From the human T2T-CHM13v2.0 reference genome, Homo sapiens: a DNA stretch of 64,000 bases. A program made the translations under genes and the position numbers. The notes under the pieces are model-generated. The model had not been told where the DNA came from and did no database searches. It was given only the letters and a program-made list of their open reading frames with translations. The number at the start of each line of letters is the position of its first letter. Within the stretch, counting starts at the first letter, position 1. Shown one piece after another: positions 12,843 to 25,730 of this stretch. The stretch lies in assembly GCF_009914755.1 (NCBI RefSeq), contig NC_060933.1. One strand, 5' to 3'.

Positions 12843-12965
12843 GACTGGATGCAGTGGCTCCTCCCTGTAATCCCAGCTCTTTGGGAGGCAGAGGTTGGAG
12901 GATCACTTTAGGCCAGGAGTTCAAGACCACCCTGAGCAACACAGCAAGACCCCATTTATAAAAAA
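12843..12965 (+). mobile_element. FLAM_C-like Alu monomer inside an old antisense L1 fragment
   Basis: left-monomer sequence; degenerate TSD TTCCATCAATG / TCCCATCAATG on either side. Confidence 0.7.
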
Positions 12966-14599
12966 GAAGATTCCCATCAATGTAACCACAATACCATTAT
13001 CACACCTAAATAATCCATTAATAGCATCGGTTTATCCAGGCAATATTTAAATATCTTCAATTGTCTAAAAACTTTTTGTTTAGTTGGTTGGTTTGAATTA
13101 GAATGCTAATAAGGGTTACGTATTGTGTTTGGTTGATATGGGCTATTATATCTCTTTTAGATTTCCTCAATCCTCTTTTTTTGTTTCCCTTGCATTTTTT
13201 ATGGGAGAAACTGAACTGTTTGTTCTGAAGAAGTTGACATTCTGGACTTTGTAGCTGCAGGTAATAGTTTTTTGGCAAGATATTCCCAGGGATAAGGTCG
13301 TTTATTCAGACTTTTGAATATTGGCAAATAATAATATTGTTTGTAGAGGGAGAAGGATTAGTCAAGATATTTTTAAGAATCAACTATTGAAAAAACAAAT
13401 TCTTATCAGAGTAAGCATGGATCTGGTAAAGATTATGTGAAATTTTCCTAAATGCAAATACAATCTAAAATTGTAATGTCTTACAATTAAAAAATAGATT
13501 ATTTTCCATATATTTATAGAAATATAAATGATCAATCAACTATTTCACTGACAATTTTAAATCTAGTTTTATCTTGAGGAGAATAAAGTTTTTTATATCT
13601 TTAGTATTTTAGTTGAAGATCCAAAGACATTTTATGTTAAAACTTTAGGTTTTATATTGTTTTGTGTTTTAAAACATAAAATCTAAAATGTGGTAATATC
13701 CATGAGGTGCAGATAGAGTAATAGCACAAATTCTGTGTTCATGAAAATTCATTTTAGGATAACTTAATTAAAAGGACTCAGGATTTGAATGATATTAGAT
13801 TAGACAGAAAAAAGTTCACCTGAGTGTAAGACATAAGTAATAAAAACCAAAGGTAGCTAACTTTTTTAGGCTTCTTCTTTCTTTAAAGAGTATGCATATG
13901 AAATAAAATTTCCATGTCAATGTCCATTTTTCCATGGTACATAGGGCTTCTATAATTTCGTCTATTTCATCCTGCAGTTATTTTCACGGGTTTCTGTGTC
14001 CACCACTATCTGGAATCTCTGAGATGGTGAAAACGAAATCTTATTCTTCTTTATATTTCAAACAATTCCTAGCACATTATCAAAAATACCTGATAAAATT
14101 TATTGTGTCTGTAATACTGGTAAGCATTACCACCCTTTTGGGTGGTAAATATATAGGCTTTAAGTTTAGATAGATCTAAATATTATTAAAATTACCAAAT
14201 TATTGTTTTTAAAAAGTATTAGTTTCCTAGGACAAATAGAGATTTTTCGATAAGGCTGGATTTGTAATACTTTAAGCAACAGGTCACAGTGCTTAAGTAT
14301 TTAATGCCGATTTGGCAAGCAGCTGATGTTTTACATAATGCTGTCGGGTATTTTATATTTGCGTGTATTTTCTGATGCACTGGATCCAGCACTTCATGTC
14401 ACGTCATATATCTGTTTATAATATATACAAATGTATTTTCATATATATTTGATGTTTGATGGCTTTGAAACTTTAATCTTGAAATAGATTTTAAATTTTT
14501 ATTAAAACTATTTAAATAATTACCGTAAGGAAAGAGCTCTTATTAGTTGAAAGAAAATGTAGATTCATGTTTCCTTGGAGACTAGTCTAGTTTCCAAGG

Positions 14600-14860
14600 A
14601 TAGACGGCAGTGAGGAGTTGGGTATCTAGATGGAATTTCTGTTGGTTTGGATTCCAGCTCTGCTGCTTACCAGCTTTGTGACCTCAAGCAAACAACTTAA
14701 CCTCTCCAAGCCTCAATTTCCCCATCTATATAATGGTGATATTTATAAGTTTCACCTTATAGGGCCATGGTGGGGATCACATGAAATAGTGTATGTGAAG
14801 TGCTTAGCACAGTGCCTGGCACATACTCAATGCTCTATGCATGTCAGCTAGTACTTAATG
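14600..14860 (+). mobile_element. MIR
   Basis: core GCTTTGTGACCTCAAGCAAACAACTTAACCTCTCCAAGCCTCAATTTCCCCATCTATATAATGG...GCTTAGCACAGTGCCTGGCACATA. Confidence 0.85.
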
Positions 14861-15809
14861 ATGCTAATAAACATGTTGTGTCCCTAAGCACGGGTGGAAT
14901 CTTGCCTGACGTCCTTCTCTCTGCGTCCTGGTCAGTCTTCACATGGTGGGCCTCCTTTATTTCCGGTCACACACGGGTGGTACACAGAGCATGCTGTTTC
15001 TTTCCTGCCAGAAGGTTCCTGCTGCAGCTCTCCTGCTAGTTTAGCTTAGCCTTCTGGTTTGAGGGATGAGTCACATGTACCATCACTTCCCAGGACCAAC
15101 AGGACCTTTCAGGAAAGCTATCCCTGCTTACACAGAGAATTGCCCTTGCCTAACACTGAAGCCTGGCAGAGTAACATGAAATAACCACAGCAATTCTAAA
15201 ATTAGAATTAGCATGCCTAGAATAACAGGTATAACCTTCTCTTGTACTTTATCACTTGCTTCATTTCTGCTCAGCCTAATTTTCACTTGATGTGTAGATT
15301 TATTTTTTGTTCACCCATCCAGAAAATGTTGACTGAGGAATTACTCTGTGTTAGGTGCTGTTGTAGGAGCAAGGGATACAATGATGATCAAGGCAGATGC
15401 AGCCGTTACCTTCAGGTTGTGGAGTCCGGATACAGACTGGAGGCAGGCAGCTGTAAGATGTGTGAGAAATGCTGCGCTGGATCAGCCCATGGTATTAGGA
15501 GAGCAGGTAAGGAAGGGTGGGGACAGGAGCGGACAACCTGGAGGAAGAGGCACCTAAGCAGAGTCCGGAAGGCTGAGGAGGAGTCAGCAGGTAAAAGAGA
15601 GGGGAATCATGACATGCCATCTCAACTGTAGGGCACGGCTAGCTGGCTGACTTAGCTGCTGTAACACCGGATTTTTGCAAGACTCCCTGAGTATTTCTCG
15701 TGGACTTGCGAACAAATCTGAGCAAGAAAACCACGTAATTTCTTTTATGCCTTCCCCAAGAAAGCCACCTGGAGGGGCAAGGGGACCTTAGCAGAAAGAA
15801 GCTGGAGGT

Positions 15810-18800
15810 GGGGGGAGAACAGGGTGATATTACTCTCCATATGGTGGGGGGTGGACACCTCCCTGTCATATGGCTCGTAATATCCAGCGGGGGAGAGGGG
15901 GTTGACTTTCCCCTACGTTATTGGTAATATCACCCCCCTCTCTCCCGCTAAATATTAAGTACAATATCACAGGTGGGGTGTACACCCCCGGCGATGTTTG
16001 AAGTAATATCAACTTCTCCCCCTCTGGATGTTAGAAACAATATCACAGGGGGGTGTACACCCCCCTGCGATCCTGGAAGTAACATCATCCTCTTTCCCCC
16101 GGATATTAGGAACAATATCACGGGGAGGGGGGTGCACACCCCCTGCGATATTGAAAGTCATATCATCTTCTTTCTCCCCGGATATTAGGAACAATATCAC
16201 AGAAGGTGTTTACAACTTTTGCAATGTTGGGAGTAATATCATCCTCTCTCACCCTAGATATTCAGAACAACATCACATGGGAATTGTACCCTTCTGTTTA
16301 TTGAGAGTAATATCATCCTCTCCCTTTCTGTATATTAGAAACAATATCACAGAGGGCTGTGTACACCCCCAGGAATGTTTTGAGTAATATTATCCTCTCT
16401 CTGCCTGGATATTTGGAACAATATGACAGGAGTTGTGTACACCCACTGTGATATTCGGTTTAATATCAACTTCTATCCCCTGGATATTGGGAGTAATATC
16501 TATCTTTAGCCCCTGGATACTAGGGACAATATCACAGGAGGGGTGTATACACACGGCGCTATTGGGAGTAATATCATTTTCTCCACCCCTTGATATTAGG
16601 TACAATATAACAGTGGGGATGTGTACCCCCTGGGATATTGGGAGTAATATTAATCTCTTCCCCTGTGGATGTTAGGAACAATATCACAGAAGGGGTGTAT
16701 ACCCCCAGCGATATTGGGAGTAAGATCATCCTCTCCCAACTTGGATATTAGGAATAATATCACAGGGGAAGTGTATAACCCCTGCGATATTGTGAGTAAT
16801 ATCATCCTCTCCCAAAATGGAGATTAGGAACAATATCACAGGAAAGGTGTACACCTCTTCTGATATTTGTGGTAATATCATCTCCTCCCCTCATTGATAT
16901 TAGGAAAGATATCACAAGGTGTGTACAGCCCCTGCGATATTGGGAGTAATATTATTCTCTCTTCCCCTGGATATTAGAAATAATATCACAGGCGGAGTGT
17001 ACAGCAAACCCCCTGCGATATTGGGGGTAATATCATCCTCTTTTAACCTGGATATTAGGAACAATATCACAGGGGGCTTGTACACTTCTTTTGACACTGG
17101 GAGTAATATCATCCTCTCCACAAGTAAATAGTAGGAAAAATATCAAAGAAGGTGTGTACACCGCTTGTGATATTGGGAGTAATATCATCCTACCTCACCT
17201 GGATGTTAGAAAAAATATCGGGGGGCGTTTACACCACCTGCGATATTGGGAGTAATATGATTTTCTACCCCAGCGGATATTTAGAACAATATCACAGGGG
17301 CAGTGTACACCCTCTGAGATATTGCGAGTAATATCGTTCTCACCCCGCCGCCCCCACCCCAGATATTAGGAACAATGTAACAGGCAGATTATACACCTGC
17401 TGCAACATTGAAAGTAATATCATCCTTTTCCCCCTGGATATTAGGAACAATATCTTATGGGGGGTTTACAGCCCATTCCATTTTGGGAGTAATATCAACT
17501 TCTTCATTGCTGGAAATAAGAAACAATATAGCAGTTCTGGTGTACACACCCTGTGATATGGGCAGTAATATCATAGACTCTCCCCCGGCATATTAGGAAC
17601 AATATCAGAAAGGGGTGTATACCCACAGCGATTTTGGGATTAATATCATACTCTCCCCCCTGGATATTAGGAACCATATCAAAGAAGGAGTGTCTACCCC
17701 TTGCGATAGTGACAGTAATATCATCTTCTCCCTCCCTGGATATTAAGAACAATACCACAGAATTGGCGTACACCCACTACGATCATGGGAGTAATGTCAT
17801 CCTCTAACCCCTGGATATTAAAAACAATATCACAGAGGAAGTGTACACCCCTCGCGATATGGCCAGTAACATCATCGTCTCCTCCACTGCGTATTAGGAA
17901 CAATATCAAAGGGGTGTGTACACCTCCTGCGCTATTGGGAGTAATGTCATTCTCTTTTCCCCTGAATATGAGGAATAATATCACTGATGGGGTGTACAAC
18001 TCCTACGATATAGGCAGTAATATCATCCTCTCCCAACCTGGATATTAGGAACAAAATAACAGGACATCTACACCCCCTGCGATACTGGGAATAATATCAT
18101 CCTCTCTCCCACTTAATATTAGAAACCGTATCCCAGGAAGAGTGTAAACCCTCTGAGATATTGAGAGTAATATCATCCACTCCCTACCTAAATATTAAAA
18201 ACAATGTCACGGGAGGGATGTACACCCCTACAATATTGGGAGTAATATCATCCTCTCCCTCCCGAGATATTAGAAACAATATAAAAGGGGTCGCGTACAC
18301 CCCCTGTGATATTGGGAGTAATATCATTCTAATCCCTCCTGGATATTAGGAAGAATATTATACAGGGGATGTACACCCCTTGACATATTGTGAGTCATAT
18401 CATTTCTCTTCCCTTGGACAATAGGGACAACATCACGGAGGGGGGTTGTCCCCTGTTATATTGAAATTATTATCATCCTCTCCCAAACTGAATATTAAAA
18501 ACAACGTCACGGGGCTGCTGTGACCCCAGTAATATGGACAGTACTATCATTGTCTCCCTCCCTAAATATTAAGAACAGTATCACAAGAGAGGTGTACACC
18601 CCCTGCGATATGGCCAGTAATATCATCGTCTCTACCTTTGGATACTAGGAACAACATCACAGAGGGTGTGTACACCCCCTGCGATATTGGGCATAATGTT
18701 AGCCTCTCTTCCCCTGGACATAAGGAACAATATCCCTGGTCGGGGGAGGTGGAGTACATTAAGAACAATATCTGAAGGAGGTGGGTGTACACCCCCTGAG

Positions 18801-20040
18801 ATATTGGGTGTAGTATCATCCTCTCTTTCCTAGGATATTAAGAACAATATCACAGGAGGTGTGTACAGCCCCTGCGATATTGGGAATAATATTACCCTAT
18901 CCCCCTCTCGATATAAGGAACAATATCCCAGGGTGGGTGTACATCCCCTGCGATATTGGGCGTAATGTCATCATCTCCCAACGTGGATATTGGGAATAAT
19001 GTCCCAGGGGGGTGTACACCTTCTTCGATATTGGGAGTAGTATCGTCCTCTCCCCTCGGGATTGTAGGCAAAATATGGAAGGGGTTTTACAGCTCATGCG
19101 ATATGGGCAGTAATATCATCCTCTCCACCTAGATATTAGGAACTATATCACAGGCGGCTGTACACTTGTTACGATATTGGGAGTAATATCATCCTCTCCC
19201 ATCATGGATATTAAGAACAATATTCCAAAGGAGGTGTACACCCCCTGCGATACTGAGAGTAATATGCTCTCCCCTTCGGGATATTAGGAACAATATCGCA
19301 GGAGGTGTGTACAACCCCTGTGATATTGGGAGTGATATCGCCTTCTCCCCCTGAATATAAGGAACAATGTCACAGGAGGATGTACACCCCCTGGGATATT
19401 GGGAGTAATATGATTTTCTCCCCCTCGAGATATTCGGAACAATATCACAATGGGTGTGTACAGCCGCTGCGACATTGCCACTGGTATCATCCTCTCCCTC
19501 CCAGGATATAAGGAACAATGTCACAAGGGGTGTACACCCCCTGCGATATTGGGGGTAATATCTTCCCCTCCCCCGCTGGCCATTAGGAACAATGTCACAG
19601 AAGAGGTGTCCACTCCCTGCTACATTGGGAGTGAGATCATCCTCTCTGTCCCTGGATATTAGGAACAATATCCCTAGGGAGTGTACACCTCCTGCAATAT
19701 TGAGACTAACATCATCCTCTTGCCCCCTGGATATTAGGATCAATATCACAGGGGTGGTGTACATCCCCTGCGAAACTGGAAGAAATATCATCCTCTCCAC
19801 CTTTGGATGATAGGGACAATATCACGGGGGAAGTCTACGCCCCCTGCGGTATTGGGAGTCATATCATCCTCTCCCACCCACGATATTAGGAAAAAAGATG
19901 ACCGAAGGGATGTATACACACTGCGATATTTTTCATAATGTCATCCTCTACTCCCTGGCAATTAGGAATAACATCATAGAGGGGTGTACACTTTCTGTGA
20001 TATTGGGAGTAACATCCTCTACCCCTCGGATATCGGGAAC
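15810..20040 (+). repeat. SATR-type satellite, ~75-bp monomer, forward block 1 (first ~100 bp inverted)
   Basis: ~55 diverged copies of GATATTAGGAACAATATCACAGGGGGGTGTACACCCCCTGCGATATTGGGAGTAATATCATCCTCTCCCCCCTG; SATR1/SATR2 name from recall. Confidence 0.88.
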
Positions 20041-20465
20041 AATTGTATTAAGTATTAATATTCATAAATATAATAACAATTAATAGAAATCATCGATATA
20101 AATAATTACTATAAAGATAGTAAAAGTTAATACGGATTAAAAATATTAATGTTTACTATTAATAATTAACAGCAACCTCACTATTAATAATAACATAATG
20201 ATATCGGTAATTAATGTTACTTAATTAAATCAATAAGTGATGTTGGTAATAAAACAATAATTAATATTAAGGTTAATAACGAATATTGAAAAATGACAAT
20301 ACTAATAATTAATTTTAACCATGCATAATCATATTTAAAATAATCATTAATGATTAATAACGTTATACTATTAATTAATATTACCATTGATAATTATTAA
20401 GACTGATGTTTAATAATTAGTAATATTATTAAGACTGATGCTTAATAATTAATCATATTATTTCT
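20041..20465. repeat. extremely AT-rich low-complexity spacer 1
   Basis: TAATTAATATTA-type sequence, almost no G/C; internal ~32-bp duplication TTATTAAGACTGATG.TTAATAATTA. Confidence 0.9.
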
Positions 20466-21360
20466 CCTAATACCGTAGGGGGTGTACACCTACCTGTGAT
20501 ATTGTTCCTAATATCCAGGGATGGAGAGCATGATATTAGTTTTAATACCTCAGTAGGTGTACACTCACCCTGTGACACTGATCCTAATATCCAGGGGATA
20601 GAGCATGACATGACTCCCAACATAGCAATGAATGTACAGCCACCCGGTGATATTGCTCCTAATATTCACGGAAGAAGAGTATGATATTACTCCCAATATC
20701 GCAGGGAGTGTACACCTCTTCTGTGACATTGTTCCTGGTATCCCGCCGGGGAGAGGATGATAAAAATTAAGTATCGCAGGCTGTGTTCACTCACCCTGTG
20801 ATATTGTTATAAATATCCTGAAAGGGAGAGGACGATATTACTTCCTATAACAGATAGATATTACTCCCCATAATAGAGCAGGAGGTGTACACCCACCGTG
20901 TGATACTGTTCCTAATATTCAGAGGCAGAGAGGTCGATATTACTCTCAATATCGCAGGAAGTGTACACCCCCGTGTGAGATGGTCCTTAATAATATTCCA
21001 AGGCAGAGGGGGTGATATTACTACATTTATCGCAGAAAGTGTACACCCCCCCCAGGGATGTTGTTCCCATGATCCTGGAGAGAAGAGGATGATATTAGTT
21101 TAAATATGACAGAAGGTGTACACGCCCCAACTGATATTGTTTCTAATTTCAGTGTGGGAGAGGAGGATATGACACCCAATATCGCAGGGAGTAGAAACAC
21201 ACCTGTGATACGGTTCTTAATATTCAGGGTGGAAGAGGATGATATTACTCTCAATACAGACGGGTGTACAACCTGCACACCGAGGGTGTACACCCATCTG
21301 TCAAACAGCACATAATTTCCAGAGGGGGAGATATTACCCCCAATATAGTAAACAGGCTGT
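20466..21360 (-). repeat. SATR-type satellite, inverted block 1
   Basis: reverse-complement monomers GATATTGTTCCTAATATCCAGGG..GAGAGGATGATATTACTCCCAATATCGCAGG..GTGTACACC. Confidence 0.85.
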
Positions 21361-21695
21361 GAGTCCACCGTGGATCGTAATAACTCGGGGGGGGAGAGGA
21401 GGTGGCTCTTACTCCCCATATCGCGGGGGGTGCCTCACCCCACTGCGAGGTGGATCATAATAGCGAGGGGGGGGAGAAGGGGTGGCTGTTACTACCCATA
21501 TCGCGGAGGGTGCCTCACCCCCGACATGTGGATCGTAATAAATAGCCGGGGGGTGGGGGAAGGGGGTGGCTCTTACTCCCCATATCTCAGGGGGTGCCTC
21601 ACACCCCTGCAATGTGGATCATAATAAATAGCTGGGGGGGAAAGGGGGTGGCCCTTACTCCCCATACCGCGGGGGGTGCCTCAACCCCTGCGATG
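21361..21695 (-). repeat. intermediate (GC-enriched) satellite monomers, 4 copies
   Basis: GGATCGTAATA..GGGGGGG..GGTGGCTCTTACTCCCCATATCGCGGGGGGTGCCTCACCCC. Confidence 0.8.
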
Positions 21696-21714
21696 TGACC
21701 TGTGTCCGTTGTGA

Positions 21715-24410
21715 GCATTCTCTTTTTTCCTGCTATTAGGAACAATTTCACAGAGTGTGTGTACACAGCCTGCGATATGAAAACTAATATCCTCTGCACC
21801 TCCGCATATACGGACCATATCACACAATGGGTGTACACTTTTTGCGGCATTTGGGGTCATGTCATCCTGTGTTTCCCTAAATAGTCGGGGAAATATCACA
21901 GGCCTATTCGGAGGCACATCCTACTTTTGCTACTGGAAATTAGGATTAATATCTCAGATGGGGTGTAAAGCCGCTGTCATATTTGAAGTAATATCATGCT
22001 CTCCCCCACTAGTTGTGACGCACAGTATCACAGGGGGTATATACCTTCTGCGGTATTGGGAGTAATATCATCATCTCTTCCTTTACATGATAGGAACAAC
22101 ATCAGAGTCGGGGTGTACACCCCGTGTGTTTTTGAAAGCAATGTCATTCACTCTTCTTCTAGATTTTACGATTCATATCACAGGCGGGGTGTGCACCCCT
22201 TCTTATATTGGGAGTCATCGGATCCTTTTTCAAGCTGTATATTTAGAACAATATCCCATGGGGCTGTACATGTCTTCGATACTGGTCGTAATATCATCTT
22301 GTCCTTTCCTGGATACAAGAAAAAATATCACAGACGAGGTGTACACCCCTTGTAATATTGGGAGTAATATCACCTCTCCCCATGTGGTTATTAAGGACAA
22401 AATCACAGGGTGGTGTACAGTTCCTACTTTATTGAGAGTAATATCATCCACTCACCCCCTGGATATCAGGAGCCATATCACAGAAGAGTTGTACACCCCC
22501 TTCGATATTGTCAGCAATATCACCGTCTTCCCACCTAGATATTAGGAACAATACCCCGGGGGGGCTTGGGGGTGTACACCCACTGCGAGATCCAGAGTAA
22601 TATCAGCCTTTTCCCGCTGGATATTAGGAAGTATATCACAGGTGTGTGTGCATCTTCTGCAATATTGGGAGTAATATCAGCCTCTACCCCGCTGCATATT
22701 AGGAACAATATACGGGGGGCGTGGGGGTTACACTCCCTGCGATATTGAGAGTAATGTTATTCTCTTCTCCCTGTACATTAGGAACCATTTCCGGGGTCGT
22801 GGGGGTTACGCTCCCTGCGATATTGAGAGTAATGTTATTCTCTTCTCCCTGTACATTAGGAACTATATCACGGGGTCTGTACACCTTCTGCCATGTTGGG
22901 ATTAATGTAATCCTCTCCCCCCACTGAATATCAAAAACAATATCACAGACGGGCGTACACCCTCTGCGATATGGCCAGTAATATCATCGTCTCTACCTTT
23001 GGATACTAGGAACAACATCACAGAGGTTGTGTACACCCCCTGCGATATTGGGCGTGATATTAGCCTCTCTTCCCCTGGATATGAGGAACAACATCCCTGG
23101 TCAGGGGAGGTGGAGTACATTAAGAACAATATCTGAAGGAGGTGGGTGTACACCCCCTGAGATATTGGGTGTAGTATCATCCTCTCTTTCCTAGGATACT
23201 AAGAACAATATCACAGGAGGGGTGTACAGCCCCTGCGATATTGGGAGTAATATCATCCCCTCCCCCTCTCTATATAAGGAACAATATCCCGGGGTGGGTG
23301 TACATCCCCTGCGATATTGGGCGTAATGTCATCGTCTCCCAACGTGGATATTGGCAATAATGTCCCAGGGGGTTGTACACCTTCTTCGATATTGGGAGTA
23401 GTATCGTCCTCTCCCCTCGGGATTGTAGGCAAAATATGGAAGGGGTTTTACAACTCATGCGATATGGGCAGTAATATCATCCTCTCTCCACCTAGATATT
23501 AGGAACTATATCACAGGCGGCTGTACACTTCTTGCGATATTGGGAGTAATATCATCCTCTCCCATCATGGATATTAAGAACAATATTACCAAAGAGGTGT
23601 ACACCCCCTGCGATATTGACAGTAATATTTGGCTCTCCCCTTCGGGATATTAGGAACAATATCGCAGGAGGTGTGCACAACCCCTGCGATATTGGGAGTC
23701 ATATCATCCTCTCCCCCTGAATATAAGAAACAATATCACGGGAGGATGTACACCCCGTGCGATATTGGGAGTAATATCATTTTCTCCCCCTCGGGATATT
23801 CGGAACAATATCACAGTGGGTGTGTACAGCCGCTGCGACATTGCCACCAGTATCATCCTCTCCCTCCCAGGATATAAGGAACAATGTCACAAGGGGGCGC
23901 ACACCCCCTGCGATATTGGGGGTAATATCTTCCTCTGCCCCGCTGGCTATTAGGAACAATGTCACAGAAGGGGTGTCCACTCCCTGCTATATTGGGAATG
24001 AGATCTTCCTCTCCATCCCTGAGTATTAGGAACAATATCCCTAGGGAGTGTACACCTCCTGCAATAGTGAGACTAAGATCATCCTCTCGCCCCCTGGATA
24101 TTAGGATCAATATCATAGGGGTGGTGTACACCCCCTGCGAAATTGGAAGAAATATCATCCTCTCCACCTTTGGACGTTAGGGACAGTATCACGGGGGATG
24201 TCTACGCCCCCTGCGATATTGGGAGTCATATCATCCGCTCCCACCCAGGACATTAGGAACAAGATGACTGAACGGAGGTACACCCGCAGCGACATTTTCA
24301 ATAATGTCATCCTCTACGTCCTGGCAATTAGGAGAAACATCATAGAGGGGTGTACACTTTCAGCGACATCGGGAGTAATATCCTCTCCCCCACAGATATC
24401 GGGAACAGTT
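21715..24410 (+). repeat. SATR-type satellite, forward block 2
   Basis: same monomer as block 1; 22956 onward duplicates 18595 onward. Confidence 0.88.
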
Positions 24411-24828
24411 ATATTAATTATTAATATTAATAAATATATTAATAATTAATAGTAATCATCGATATTAATAATTGCAATAGAGATAGTAAAAGTGAATATG
24501 GATAAAAATATTAACAATTACTATTAATAATAGCAATATCACTATTAATAATAAAATAATGATATTATTAATCAATGTTACATAAATCAGTCATAAGTGA
24601 TGTTGGTAATAAAACAATAATTAATATTAAGATTAATAACTAATATTATTGAAAAATGACATTAATACAGATAATTTTAATCATGCATAATTGTACATTT
24701 AAAATAATCATTAATGATTAATAACGTTATACTATTAATTAATATTACCATTGATAATTATTAAGACTGATGTTTAACAATTAATAATATTATTAAGATT
24801 GATGCTTAATAATTAATCGTATTATTTC
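24411..24828. repeat. extremely AT-rich spacer 2 (paralog of 20041-20465)
   Basis: shared landmarks e.g. ATAAGTGATGTTGGTAATAAAACAATAATTAATATTAAG. Confidence 0.9.
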
Positions 24829-25730
24829 TCCTAATACCGCAGGGGGTGTACACCTACCCGTGATATTGTTCCTAATATCCAGGGATGGAGAGCATGATAT
24901 TAGTTTTAATATCTCAGTAGGTGTACACTCACCCTGTGACACTGATCCTAATATCCAGGGAGTAGAGTATGACATGACTCCCAACATAGCAATGAATGTA
25001 CAGCCACCCGGTGATATTGCTCCTAGTATTCACGGAAGAAGCGTAGGATATTACTTCCAAAATCGCAGGGAGTGTACACCTCTTCTGTGATATTGTTCCT
25101 GGTATCCCGAGGGGGAGAGGATGATAATAATTCCAGTATCGCAGGCTGTGATCACCCACCCTGTGATATTGTTATTAACATCCTGAAAGGGAGAGGATGA
25201 TATTACTCCCCGTAATAGATAGATATTACTCCCCATAACAGAGCAGGAGGTGTACACCCACCCTGTGATATTGTTCCTAATATTCAGAGGCCGAGAGGTC
25301 GATATTACTCCCAATATGGCAGGAAGTGTACACCCCCGTGTGAGATGGTCCTTAATAATATTCCAAGGCGGAGGGGGAGATATTACTCCCAAAATCGCAG
25401 AAAGTGTACACCCCCAGGGATATTGTTCTCATGATCCTGGAGGGAAGAGGATGATATCACTTTAAATATCACAGAAGGTGTGCACGCCCCCACTGATATC
25501 GGTTCTAATTTCCACGTGGGAGAGGAGGATGTGACGCCCAATCACACCTGCAGTAGAAACACAGCTGTGATACTGTTCTTAATATTCAGGGAGGAAGACG
25601 ATGATATTACTCCCAAAACAGACGGCTGTACACCCTCTGCACACCGAGGGTCTACCCCCATCTGTGAAATAGTTTATAATTTCCAGAGGGGGAGATGATA
25701 TCACTCCGAATATCGTAAACAGGCTGTGAG
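24829..25730 (-). repeat. SATR-type satellite, inverted block 2
   Basis: colinear paralog of 20466-21360. Confidence 0.85.

Noticed and set aside
15948-25698. Many ORFs with repeated ILGVISSSP/DIRNNITG peptides (up to 203 aa)
   Set aside because: Translation of a ~75-78-bp satellite in all frames on both strands; no domain or splice structure
15950-25730. CRISPR-like array (palindromic repeats at regular spacing)
   Set aside because: Entire unit repeats, no unique spacers, no cas genes, primate context
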